Shown one piece after another: positions 1 through 11,253 of a DNA stretch of 64,000 bases. Under the pieces are notes generated by a model. It was not told the DNA's origin and searched no databases. It worked only from the letters and a program-made list of their open reading frames with translations. Both the position numbers and the translations under genes were made by a program. Numbering within the stretch: the stretch's first letter is position 1; every line of letters begins with the position of its first letter. Source of the DNA: Octopus sinensis (taxonomy: Eukaryota); assembly GCF_006345805.1 (NCBI RefSeq), contig NC_043005.1, positions 40,734,001-40,798,000 of the forward strand. Direction: 5' to 3'.

Positions 1-1159
1 ATGAACAGTGGGATTGCCAATGGTGTAGTTTGCAGTGTCTGTGTTTCCCCTGTACAATTTGGGACAGAACATTTTTCTTGGTTATTTTCAATACAGCTGG
101 AAAGCCACCTCATGCGTATGATGTGACAATGTAAGATCTTTATGAATAAAGGTTGTTTCTGCTCTGTAGACAGGGAATTTAAGGTGTTAGTCTAGGCCAC
201 AAGAATGAAGCTGTCTCCATATTGATAAGAGTAGAAGTAAGGTGTGGTGGTGGGGGGTATACTAGCTAGACATTTGTAAATAACCTGTAGTAATTAAATT
301 GATATAGCATTAATAAACATATCAAAAATTATTATCATGGTAACATAATTATAATAATTATCTATAATAATAAATGTGAAATTCTGTCTGTCTGGGACCC
401 CTGTATTTCAGTCTATATCTGCTCTACATAGACATATACCTTTTTGGAATCAAGATCATCCTGGGATTAAAAATCTGTCCTTCATTTGGTTCTTGAACAT
501 CCTGCATTAAGATCTGATTTAAAAGCATTTGCGTTGCTATTTCTAGCAGGTAAGGCTTGGCTGATTCACGCCATCTTGGTTGGTGTTTGTCTGATGATGT
601 CAGAGATCAAGTGGAGAGATAAATGACATTTACTTCGTTAATTTTATGTCAAGACAAGTACTTTGGGACATATTGACCAACAGTTGGAATTCAACTTGGG
701 TCTAATGATTGCATTACAGAATTAATTCTCATTTGTCCTTAACCTCTGATCAAACCCCACCAGGGCATATAGTCATTGTAAATGTATTATAGTCATGCTG
801 TTTGGCACTCTTTAGTTTTGGGCCACAGGCCCAATTAGCCCTCCTCAGTAGCTACTTAAAAATCCGCATGTGGAGTGTGGCTTTTAAGCTAGTTTGTAAT
901 AAATGAATATGACACTAATACCAGTAATATACTGAGCTGAAATTCAATTCACAAAGACCAAACATAAACAGTAGAGTTGATACAGTGTGTAAAATGCTGA
1001 GCCAAATAATTTACAGTGATTTGTTTTCTCAATCTCATTTAAAAATTTAGTTATATAAGTAATAGACTTGATTAAATTACTACAATGCCCCCATTCTGAT
1101 GTTGCTCAAGGGAAAATAAATATTCTTTTAATTATTTAATTTGTTTTTCCATTCATTAG

Positions 1160-1329
1160 GTGCCCAGATTATTGACCTTATGATTTTGGTTGTTGACATC
1201 ACTAAAGGAATTCAAACTCAAACTGCTGAGTGTCTTGTTGTTGGAGAGATTGCCTGTGAGAAAATGGTGGTTGTACTTAATAAGACAGATTTGTTGCCAC
1301 CGGCTAAAAAGGCTGCTACAATTGAAAAA
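1160..1329 (+). CDS. EEFSEC: eEFSec coding exon (first in window; N-terminal G-domain exon(s) lie upstream)
   Basis: ttcattag|GT GCC CAG ... GAA AAA|gtaagt. Encodes GAQIIDLMILVVDITKGIQTQTAECLVVGEIACEKMVVVLNKTDLL, matching the recalled human eEFSec GAQIIDLMMLVIDVTKGMQTQSAECL...NKIDL, including the NKxD GTPase motif. Confidence 0.95.
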
Positions 1330-1811
1330 GTAAGTTTCATTTCAGACCATCATAAGCGAAGGTCATAAACAAACTTCCTTACATCTTAATTTTTCCCTCT
1401 TAGCTTCATGTGTTCATTATTTTATTTTACTCTCTCCTTTGATGATTCTAAATATTCCACTCCACAAGGATGTTCTGACTCATAAGGGCTGGTTTTCCCA
1501 GTTTCCTTGGTGTATAAATTCCTGACCTGGATGGGACACCAGACCGTCGCAGGATTACTCATTTTTGCCAGCTGAGTGAAATGGAGCAACGTGAAATAAT
1601 GTGTTTTGCTTAAGAAAACAATGCGTTGAATGGTTCAGGAATCAAAACCACAATCTTGCAATCATGAGTTCAAGACCCTAACCACTAAGCCATGCACCTC
1701 CATGCTCACTCCAATGATTGATACTTAAAAGTAAGTGATGGTATATTTTATATAATAGGACTGCTTTATCCGATTTACTACTCTAAAATTTGAAATGTTT
1801 AATATTTACAG

Positions 1812-1901
1812 ATGACAAAGCGATTACTGAAAACCTTGGAGCCTACAAAGTTTGCTAAAGCTCCAGTAATTGCGGTATCTGCTAATCCAGGAGGAACTGA
1901 G
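1812..1901 (+). CDS. EEFSEC: eEFSec coding exon (90 nt)
   Basis: tttacag|ATG ACA AAG...ACT GAG|gttggt. Encodes MTKRLLKTLEPTKFAKAPVIAVSANPGGTE, similar to human MTKKMQKTLENTKFRGAPIIPVAAKPGGPE. Not in the ORF track; frame joins both neighbours. Confidence 0.93.
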
Positions 1902-2393
1902 GTTGGTACCATTATTCATACTTTTGCATTCTGACATTTGTTTGGATTAGCTGAGTTAGTGTTTGTTTGAGTTCTTAGCAGATCTCTTTATAACCATTAT
2001 GCTATTTTGTCAACTTAAGTTACTATTTTCTTTCTTTTTATTTTTTGCTTGCTCCATCTTCCTTTTATTTTATCCTTAGTTTATGTTCAGGAAGTTTGTC
2101 AAAATCCACTGGGCTTCTCCATCCTTGGTTAGAATTTTTTTTCTGTCATTAAACTGCTCCCTTTTTAGACTTCAAGGCCTAACTACTATTAAAAGAAGCT
2201 TTGAAAAGGAAATAAGTGCTAATGCTAGGGTTGTCATAGACGCATCCAAAATCTGAGTCGTTAATAGTACAACATGATCTAATATCAGAATGCTATCTGT
2301 ATTAGGCGAAGGATACAGCAGTTATTTTACTGGTCTATAACAAAATTATAACTGTTTCTAATTTTAAGCACAAAGCTAGCCATAACAATTATA

Positions 2394-3506
2394 TTGGGTC
2401 ATCCCATAAATAATGTGATATTTTCAATTGCATGAACTAAAAGTCGTAGGGGGATGGTATAAACTGCCTGCATCAACTTGCTATAAAAGCAGGTAGTAAT
2501 TTTACCTTGTACTTATTCTTTGTGCAAGTTTTGAAAAGTGCTGCTTGATTTTTAAGTTATTTTTTCAAAGCTATAATGGAAATGACAAAGGTGCATATTC
2601 AGCATATTTTGCTTTATGAGTTCAATAAAGGCAACAACACAATGGAAAGTGCGAAGAATATTAGTGCCGTATATGGGGATTGGACAATAAGTGTAAGCCA
2701 GTGTCAGTGGTGGTTCCAGAAATCCCAAGCTGGCAACTACAGCCTAGAAGATGAGCCTCATCTCGGAAGATCTGTAGAGCTCGATGAGGACATCCTGCAA
2801 ACCCTGGTGAAACAAAATCTTATTGTAACTATTGAGGAACTAGCAGAGAAGCTTGGATTTGGTCATTCAACCATTCATCGACACCTGCATGTAGTGGGTT
2901 CCTCACAAACTTTCTGAGTCTAATCGCGTGCTGAGAGTGAATGTGTGCTCTTCTTTGCTGTCATGTCATATGAATGAACCTTTTTTTGGACTAAAGGCAG
3001 AGGTAAGGAAAGGAGAAACATTGGCTCTCCAAGCTAAAGAAAGTCTTCACTCATGTAAGGCATTACCTGTTTGGTAATACCTTACATGCTGTGAGCAGCT
3101 TGGGCAGCTTCAGTCAACGCTAGAAGAAAAACAACTGTCTTTGGTTTCAAGACAAAAGGTGTTCTTCCATCAGGCCACATACAGCGAGGATGACATTCCA
3201 AAGGCTGGAACAATTTGAATGGGAAACAATGTCCTGCTCACCATATCGCTGGACACTGCCCCATCTGATTATCATTTATTCTGCAGTCTTCAAAATCATT
3301 TGGATGGAAAAAAATAGGAATTCTGTAGACGAGATGAGAAGAGTACTGGAGGAGTATTTTTCATCATGGACTGGTGAATCTTGGAGGAGGAGCCTTGTAA
3401 AAAATGAAGGAGAGTATATTTTAGATGAAAAAAGAACTTTGTTTATCTTAATTTTGAAAAATAAAAGAAGTATAAAAAAAATCGCATTATTTATGGGATG
3501 ACTCAA
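2394..3506 (+). mobile_element. decayed mariner transposon with both TIRs
   Basis: About 31-bp TIRs (ttgggtcatcccataaataatg / cattatttatgggatgactcaa) flanked by TA. ORF 2576-2917 is a mariner N-terminal HTH region; an APSDYHLF-like remnant lies near 3255-3280. Frameshifted and shortened. Confidence 0.9.
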
Positions 3507-3998
3507 TAACATTGGTTTCAAATTTTGACACAAAGTCAACAATTTTAGTAGGCGGGGTTGATCCCTGATACTTATTTTATCAACCCCGAAAGCATGAAAA
3601 GCAAAGTTAATTTTGATGGAATTGGATCTTGGAATGTAAAGACATATGAAATGCCATTAAGCATTTTGCCCAGCATGCTAATGATTCTATCAGCCTACAA
3701 CAGAATAATAATATTAGTAAAATTTTGCCTGCTTATAATTGTTCAGTAGAAGTACCATAACATTATTTGACTTTTAGGTGGCCTAAATTTACTATAGAAG
3801 TTCAGTACTAAGTTCTTTCACTTCACTATTTATCGGATATGTAATGAAGTGACAATGAGCTATGGTCACACTGTATGAAGGCAGGTTTTGGTAGTGAGTG
3901 GCTCCACAGCACATTATATTATATTTTATTTTCTGTTCATAGTGACTTAATTAGGGATACACAGCATTGCTTCCTTAGAAATGAATTAACATATGTTA

Positions 3999-4392
3999 GG
4001 AACAGGTGTGGCTCTGTGGTAAGAAGTTTGCTTCCCCAGCACTTGGTTCCAGGTTCAATCCCACTGCATGGCACTTTGGGCAAGTGTCTTCTGCCTCAGG
4101 CTGACCAAAGCCTTGTAAGTGGATTTGGTAGATGGAAACTAAAAGAAGCCCATCTTATATGTGTCTGTGTGTGCCTTTGTATTTGTGTTTGTCCCTCACA
4201 CTGATTGACAAGCAGTGATGGTGTATTTACTTCCTCATAACTTAGAAGTTTGGACAGAGAGACTGATAGAATAAGTACCAGGCTGAAAAAGAAAATAAGT
4301 ACTGTTGTCGATTTGTTTGACAAAAATCCTTCAAGGCAGTGTCTCAGCATGGCTGTAGTCTAATGATTGAAACAAGTAAAAGATAAAAGATA
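3999..4392 (+). mobile_element. tRNA-derived SINE with CORE-like segment
   Basis: A box (tggctctgtggtaag), B box (ggttcaatccc), gcactttgggcaagtgtctt, central (TG)n, 3' end gaaacaagtaaaagataaaag. Confidence 0.8.
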
Positions 4393-4523
4393 GAAATCAG
4401 TAAAAAAGCTTAGATGTTGTTGCTCATCTTCCTAGAAATAGCAAGCAACTTCTGAAAATACATACTTGTTTCTTGGTAAAAGTAAGGACCGACTGGACAG
4501 TATACTTTATATATATATATATG

Positions 4524-4554
<31 letters not shown>

Positions 4555-4662
4555 CTCAATAAAGTGATATTCTTGAATGAAAATATATGTAAACTTGGAA
4601 GAAAACAAGCAAGAAGATTGATTATTTGTTGAATTTGTGTCCCTTTTTTTTTAACCCATCAG

Positions 4663-4848
4663 ACTGGAGATACTTCAAAATCAGAGGGAATTGTAGAGTT
4701 GCTGGAAACCCTAAAGAAATACACTTATATACCAGAACGAAATCTTACTGGACCCTTTATTTTTTCTGTTGACCATTGCTTTTCAATTCGAGGACAAGGA
4801 ACTGTGATGACTGGTACAGTACTTAACGGCAGTGTCTCAATCAATGAG
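4663..4848 (+). CDS. EEFSEC: eEFSec coding exon (186 nt)
   Basis: cccatcag|ACT GGA...AAT GAG|gttagt. Encodes ...GPFIFSVDHCFSIRGQGTVMTGT..., the EF-Tu/SelB domain II signature. Confidence 0.95.
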
Positions 4849-5802
4849 GTTAGTACATAATATTTTTATCATGAGAAAGTCCTCACACGTTAGGAATTTG
4901 AGGAGTTGTTATTATATGGCTTGTGAAGTTATATTCATTATATCAATATAATATGTGTATTGTCTGTGTCTGAGGAAGTACATTTTACTGGAACATAATT
5001 TATCGAGTCTGGAGACCACTGAATCTTGCAACTGCATCAATTGTAAGTTGACATTATCTCCCTTATCCTTCTGAGCAGCATGTTTCTTTCTCTGTTGCTC
5101 TATCATGTGTATACAGGAAATAAAGTGGATATGGGTAACTGGAATAATTGCTGGAATAGTGTGGAATATTTATATGTTGCTTTTTCTGTGGTGGTGGGAA
5201 GTGTTTTGCAATATATGAAGATAAAATAAATGTAGTTATGTTGATGGTGGGTAGGAAATGAATGAAAACTTTTTGCAAGTGAAGAACTTAATTAGCACAT
5301 TTCATAGCTAGCTTTTAGAAAATATAGAGAGGGTAAATCTATTTGACCATATGTTTCTTTGTAGATGTTTCTTTTGATAATAATATAGCTAGGGTACAAT
5401 AATCATTTACACTTTGTTAACAGCAGTTGTAGCTTGAGCTGTAATTACTTACACCTTTTTACCATTCAAGATATACAACAGGAATACCTTAAACTACATT
5501 GTATACCCAACTTTCTTGGTGCCTTTTGATCTGGTGAATACCTCTAACCTCTGAAGTTCAAGAAATTGATTTATATTTGATAATATAATCATTTCTAGGA
5601 TTTTGTTAGTTATATTATATTTCAAATATTTTATTTTTGTTTCAGGTTTGCGTGTTATATGATGGGAATTGCAACCACTATGTTAAACCTTTGCTTTAAC
5701 TGAGGAAGGTTTATATGGTGGATGCAATTTCCTATTTTGTATTACACAAATCTGAAACATACTTATTGAATGATTTTCAAAATATCACTATTTGGTTTGA
5801 CT

Positions 5803-6115
5803 TGGCATGTAAAAAGCACCATCCGAATCGTGGCCGAAGCCAGTGCCGCCTCGACTGGCTTCCGTGCAGGTGGCACGTAAAATGCACCAATCAGACCGTG
5901 GCCGATGCCAGCTTCGCCTGGCACCAGTGCAGGTGGCACGTAAAAAGCACCCACTACACTCACGGAGTGGTTGGCGTTAGGAAGGGCATCCAGCTGTAGA
6001 AACATTGCCAGATAAGACCGGAGCCTGGTGCAGCCTTCTGGCTTCCCAGATCCCCGGTCGAACCGTCCAACCCATGCTAGCATGGAGAACGGACGTTAAA
6101 CGTTGATGATGATGA
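5803..6115 (+). mobile_element. short RTE-tail element with internal tandem units
   Basis: GGCACGTAAAAAGCACC-type units, then GGCGTTAGGAAGGGCATCCAGCTGTAG, the CCATGCTAGCATGG palindrome and a (GAT)n tail. Confidence 0.8.
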
Positions 6116-6357
6116 ATATAATGATCTGAATAATTATATTTCTTAACTGCCATATTGATTCCTGTATCTTGAGGGTACACTCGAACATGTCTTGATCATC
6201 ACTCTCTTTTCCCAACGTAGAAACCATGTATATCCCTTAGAGCAGTAGTTCTCAGCCATAGTGGTTAATATAAGATTTTCTTCTTAAAATTTGTGTACAA
6301 GAAATTGGTTATACTTCTACAATACACAACATATTTTAGCAGTTTTTTTAGTACAAT

Positions 6358-6788
6358 TCATCATCATCATCATCGTTTAGCGTCCGTTTTCCATGCTAGC
6401 ATGGGTTGGACGGGTCAACTGGGGTCTGTGAAGCTGGAAGGCTTCGTCAGGCCCAGTCAGATCTGGCAGTGTTTCTACGGCTGGATGCCCTTCCTAACGC
6501 CAACCACTCCGCGAGTGTAGTGGGTGTTTTTTACGTGCCACCTGCACAGGTGCCAGACAGAGCTGGCGAACGGCCACGAACGGATGGTGCTTTTATGTGT
6601 CACCGGCACGGGGCCAGGCGATGCTGGCAACGGACACGAACGGATGGTGCTTTTACGTGCCACCGACATGGGGCCAGACAGAGCTGGCAACCGGCCACGA
6701 ACGGACGGTGCTTTTACATGTCACCGGCACGGGGATCAGCCGAGGCTGGCAACAGACGCGAACGGATGGTGCTTTTTACGTGCCACCC
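6358..6788 (-). mobile_element. short RTE-tail element with tandem units (inverted relative to 5803-6115)
   Basis: (CAT)n, then the reverse complement of the same tail, then several ~60-bp units. Confidence 0.8.
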
Positions 6789-6998
6789 TAATAATATTTG
6801 ATTATAAAATCATGAGATTTTCTTTTAAGCATCAATCTTGTATGGGTGTCCAGTAGAGTAAAACAAGAATCAAAGGGGTCCACAGGCAAAAAATGGTTGA
6901 GAACCACTGCCCTAGAGTAAGACGCTTGTTACTGTCCCTCTCTCAGACTTTAATTGTTCATCTCCTGGCATTAAACCACTAACCTCACTTCTCTATGT

Positions 6999-7250
6999 GG
7001 AGGTGCATGGCTTAGTGGTTAGGGTATTGAACTCCTGACCGTAAGATGGTGGTTTTGATTCCTAGACCGGGCAACACATTGTGTTCTTGAGCAAAACATT
7101 TCATTTCATGCTGCTCCAGTCCACTCAGGTGGCAAAAATGAGTAATCTCATGATGCACTAGTGTCCTGTCCAGGTGGGGAATATATATACCATGAAGCCA
7201 GGATACTGGCCCTTATTAGTCGGTATGACTCAAGAAGGTAACTTTTTGAT
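6999..7250 (+). mobile_element. second tRNA-derived SINE family (V-SINE-like body, inferred)
   Basis: Head ggaggtgcatggcttagtggttagg...ggttttgattcc, body tgtgttcttgagcaaaaca. An inverted copy lies at about 1470-1701(-). Confidence 0.72.
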
Positions 7251-8260
7251 TTTTGCCCTCACAACCCTCAGTTGAGGAGTCTTGTCTTGTGAGTTACTTG
7301 GTGACCTCATTGGTGCTGGTGCCATATAAAAAGCACCCAATACACTGTAAAGTGGTTGGCATTAGGAAGGACACCCAACCCTAGAAACGATATCAAAGTA
7401 GATAAAGGAGTTTGTTTCAATCCTCTGACTCACAAGCTCCTCTCAAATCTTCCAGCCCTTACCTGCATGCAAAACAGACATTAAATGGTGATGGTTATAA
7501 TTGTGGGACCCTCAATGTTGCAATACATTTTGAAGTGACAAAGTTATTTCAGTTTGAACTAACTTGATCTTTGAATCTTCAGTGGAGTACTTAGTCATTA
7601 GCTCTGTTTCCTTGGGCAAATTTGGTTGAGTAATTTGCATTACATTTGTAACAGAATTCTATGTTGATAACGGTGAGACTTAATGATTTGTGCAAGATAT
7701 TCCATTCAGAAATGAAAGACTAGTCTCCATGTCCTCCACAATAAAGAAATTCATATCCATATCATGCTTAGCTGTTAAATGCAGATATGCCCTGATACTG
7801 GCTACATTTGTGATTTCTGTAGTGCCTTTATTGTGTATTTCTCATATTTAGACAAAACGCTGCAGTTGGCTGTATCTCTAAAGTAATATGTAAAATGTAT
7901 GCAGAGACTGCACACAAACAAACATGCACACCATCAGGTTTATTTTATTACTACTTGTATCAGTTTAATTTTGTGTACTGTAGTTTATTTCACTTACTAT
8001 CTTCCTCCTTTTTTGCAAATAGGGTGCCTATACCAGAAGAATCATGTATATATCAACATGCATTGGTCCAAAAAACCAGACATTGTAAATGTGTTCTGTT
8101 TATTTAGATCACCTTTGATAGAGAGTAAAAATAAAATAGAAAAGCTTAGACTATAAATATATGCAACAGCTGATATGATGATCTAAATGCATCTACTTTC
8201 ATCTTGAGGAATTGAATATCTAATTCTATGTTTGCAATCTTCCTATTTGTATATTTTCAG

Positions 8261-8344
8261 ACCATTGAAATCCCATCTCTGAAAGTGACCAAGAATGTTA
8301 AATCTATGCAAATGTTTCGTTTACCTGTTGAGAAAGTTGTTCAG
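8261..8344 (+). CDS. EEFSEC: eEFSec coding exon (84 nt, phase 0-0)
   Basis: attttcag|ACC ATT...GTT CAG|gtcagt. Encodes TIEIPSLKVTKNVKSMQMFRLPVEKVVQ, similar to human SVEIPALKVVKKVKSMQMFHMP. Confidence 0.94.
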
Positions 8345-8677
8345 GTCAGTGAAGAATAAATGTATCTATGTTATTTAATCCTCATTGAGTACACCTATAA
8401 TGAAAGGCATTCACACTCAACAATCTCACCATCTTTTTGTATGTCTAATATGTTCTTTAAGATGTTTGTGTCACATCTCTCCCATGTTTCTCACTGTAAG
8501 GGTTTATGTCATAGTAATTCCTTGGTTGTTCCAAACTGATCAGTTTCTACTTCCACATTTTGTTTAATTGGAATTTTCATTCTTTTTCCATTTTCTTTGC
8601 TTCATTTTTCTTCCTTTTTATCTTTGTCAACGGAATTCACTGTTTTATACACACAAAACACACACACTATATATATA

Positions 8678-8719
<42 letters not shown>

Positions 8720-8720
8720 T

Positions 8721-9165
8721 GTGCCGTTTGCCAGCCTCATAAAAACACCATCGAGCGTGGCCGTCTGCCAGCCTCGTTCTGGCACCTGTGTCGGTGGCAC
8801 ATAAAAAACACCATCCGAGCGTGGCCGTCTGCCAGCCTCGTCTGGCACCTGTGTCGGTGGCACATAAAAAACACCATCCGAGCGTGGCCGTCTGCCAGCC
8901 TCGTCTGGCACCTGTGTCGGTGGCACATAAAAAACACCATCCGAGCGTGGCCGTTTGCCAGCCTCGTCTGGCACCTGTGTCGGTGGCACATAAAATCACC
9001 CACTACACTCTCGGAGTGGTTGGCGTTAGGAAGGCATCCAGCTGTAGAACACTGCCAGATCTGACTGGACTGGTGCAGCTTTCGGGCTCCCCAGACCCCA
9101 GTTGAACCGTCCAACCCATGCTAGATGGAAAGCGGACGTTAATTGATGATGATGATGATGATGAT
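8721..9165 (+). mobile_element. young RTE-tail element with a 63-bp VNTR
   Basis: Near-identical 63-bp units start at 8781, 8844 and 8907, and a fourth (8970) runs into the shared tail and (GAT)n. Confidence 0.85.
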
Positions 9166-9341
9166 ATTGAAATGTATGAAAAGCCAAGGGCTTTATGGAT
9201 GCAAAACCCTGGGTAACCCAATGAACCAGCCATAACTCTTTCTCTAAATATATATATATATTCAACTTTTTTGTTATTTCCTTGTTAAGTTTTCTTACCA
9301 CTTTTGCTTTCTTAGTTATTCCCCCACCCCACTCTTGTCCA

Positions 9342-9463
9342 ACCAATGATGACTAAACTCTGCGCAAATATGAAGTATGTCCTTCAAGTGTGTCTGGCTC
9401 CAATGATAATCCTTTGTTGAGCCAACAGCTTGAACATACACTGTTTTAAGAGTGTTCTGAGGT
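9342..9463 (+). ncRNA. intronic box C/D snoRNA/scaRNA-like RNA, copy 1
   Basis: Box C ATGATGA at 9346-9352, box D CTGA at 9457-9460, terminal acc/ggt stem and a putative D' ATGA. Has an internal hairpin; 40 nt are identical to copy 2. Confidence 0.75.
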
Positions 9464-10498
9464 AATATGCTAATCCTATCAATATTAATAAGTTTTTAAA
9501 AAAATGTTAAATGTTACACTGAAGCCACAATGGATTTTGCCACAATTGTCATGATTTTTAGTTAGCAACTTCAGAAGAAATATAAGGAATGACATCAGGA
9601 CTGTTTGTGAAACTGTTAAAGGTATTGAACATTGTATACAGAGAACGTGCTGAGTGTTCAACAATGGTTATTCACTCAAATTTAGGAAACTTTGTTAGAT
9701 CATGAAAAAGATGATAGCCCAAGTTGTTTTTGGAGGGTAGCCATCTGGGCCTTTTGGGCTCATGTTGACAACTGCACTGTTTAATACCTTCCTCATCTGT
9801 GCGACCATGCTGCTGTACATATGATGGAAATGGAGGTGACTCGAAGTGAACCTTTTCAACGTCAGAGAAATGCAAGGTACCAACAAGTTAACAACTGAAT
9901 AGTTCATTGAACTACATTAGTCTGATGATAGTGTTTTCAGTGTTCACACTTCAGAAGCACTATAAGCCACCATAGCAACCATTACATTTTATGGAAAAAA
10001 TGGGCCTGATAGTTAACTTCCACAAGCAGACCATTTGTGAATGGTACACTGTATCCCCCCAACACACCTGCTTATTCACTTTCTCAATACAACAGCAAGA
10101 AGCTATATCTTCCTTTCTAATTCCCATACTTGAACATTATCATTTCTAGTGAATGCTTAACTACTATCTACTGGACAGTCTGTATTTCCACTCTTCTGTC
10201 TAGGTGTTAGTCATGGACTTCATACAGCTGATACATTGAAACAGTGGAAATCTTTTACATCCAATGTCTGTTGAAGATCTTTTTACTCACCTGTTTAAAA
10301 AAAGAATTATGTACATGCAAATCTAACACCAGCAGCATTGAATCCACCCTAAATCATCTTCTATAATCAACTGTCTCTTCTACTTATTCAACTGAATTGT
10401 GCAATTTGTTTTTCTAATTTACTCTTTCAATCACTTTCTTTCCTTTGGAAGTTTTCTTACCTCTTTGCCTCTCTTAGTTTTTTTCCCCTCTTATTGCA

Positions 10499-10606
10499 AC
10501 CAATGATGACTAAACTCTGCGCAAATATGAAGTATGCTCATCAACTATGTCTGGCTTCAATGAGCCAACAGCTGGGGCATACAGTGTCTTGAGAGTGCTC
10601 TGAGGT
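10499..10606 (+). ncRNA. intronic box C/D snoRNA/scaRNA-like RNA, copy 2
   Basis: Box C ATGATGA at 10503-10509, box D CTGA at 10600-10603, terminal acc/ggt stem. Same guide segment as copy 1, and a hairpin with a compensatory change relative to it. Confidence 0.75.
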
Positions 10607-11089
10607 AATGCTGCAACATATTCCCTATACTTTTACCAAAGGAGATACAATGCTATTATTTCTTAGTGAGCCTATTAGAAAAGATAATAGTTCTGGTTTA
10701 TCTTTTCAGTATTTTGTATTGCAGCACAATATCAAGTGTGTATTTGTGTGTGTGATAAGTGAATGAACAATTTTCCACTACTACTCTTGTTCTTTAAATC
10801 AAATTTCTCTGTTAAAAATTGTATTGTAAATAGTTGTTTACTCAAATATATTTTCTTTCTTTTTACATTTCCTCATTAATTGGTTCTGACCAGTTTGCAG
10901 CAGTATTGTCACAAAAACAAATTGACTCTAGTAAAGTTGAGTCAGTTTTTTGTTTTTTTTATATTTTTGAAGAGAATCAAGATGTTGTTAGAGAGAAGCA
11001 TGTATTGAATGATATTAATGCATTTACCCTCATGGGTTCCACAATGGAAATGAGATGTTCATTGAAGAGAACATGCAAAAAGATCAAGG

Positions 11090-11253
11090 TCCAATCTGAT
11101 CTGGCAGAGTTTCTACAGCTGTATGCCCTTCCTAATGCCAACCACTCTGAGAGTGTAGTGGGTGCTTATACATGCCACTGGCACGAGGGCCAGTCAGGCG
11201 GTACTGGCAATGGCCACGCTCAAATGGTGTTTTTTATGTGCCACCTGCACAGG
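11090..11253 (-). mobile_element. fragment of the same RTE-tail family
   Basis: ctacagctgtatgcccttcctaatgccaaccactctgagagtgtagtgggtgc, the reverse complement of the family core. Confidence 0.75.

Noticed and set aside
6999-7075. tRNA gene (also other SINE heads)
   Set aside because: Has A/B boxes but no complete cloverleaf, and continues into a repeated SINE body found elsewhere in the window.
8721-9000. CRISPR-like array
   Set aside because: Units are contiguous and near-identical with no unique spacers, the context is eukaryotic and there are no cas genes; this is a VNTR within a retroelement.
8667-9114. Several overlapping 100-125 aa ORFs (similarly at 5715-6856 and 13445-13897)
   Set aside because: Artefacts of a GC-rich unit whose length (63 bp) is divisible by 3; periodic peptides appear in several frames and on both strands.
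9270-9300. Possible U12-G22 guide upstream of the C/D RNAs (ttatttcctt, ttttcttacc), as in composite SCARNA17
   Set aside because: Imperfect complementarity, no adjacent D box, and pyrimidine-rich flank where such matches arise by chance.
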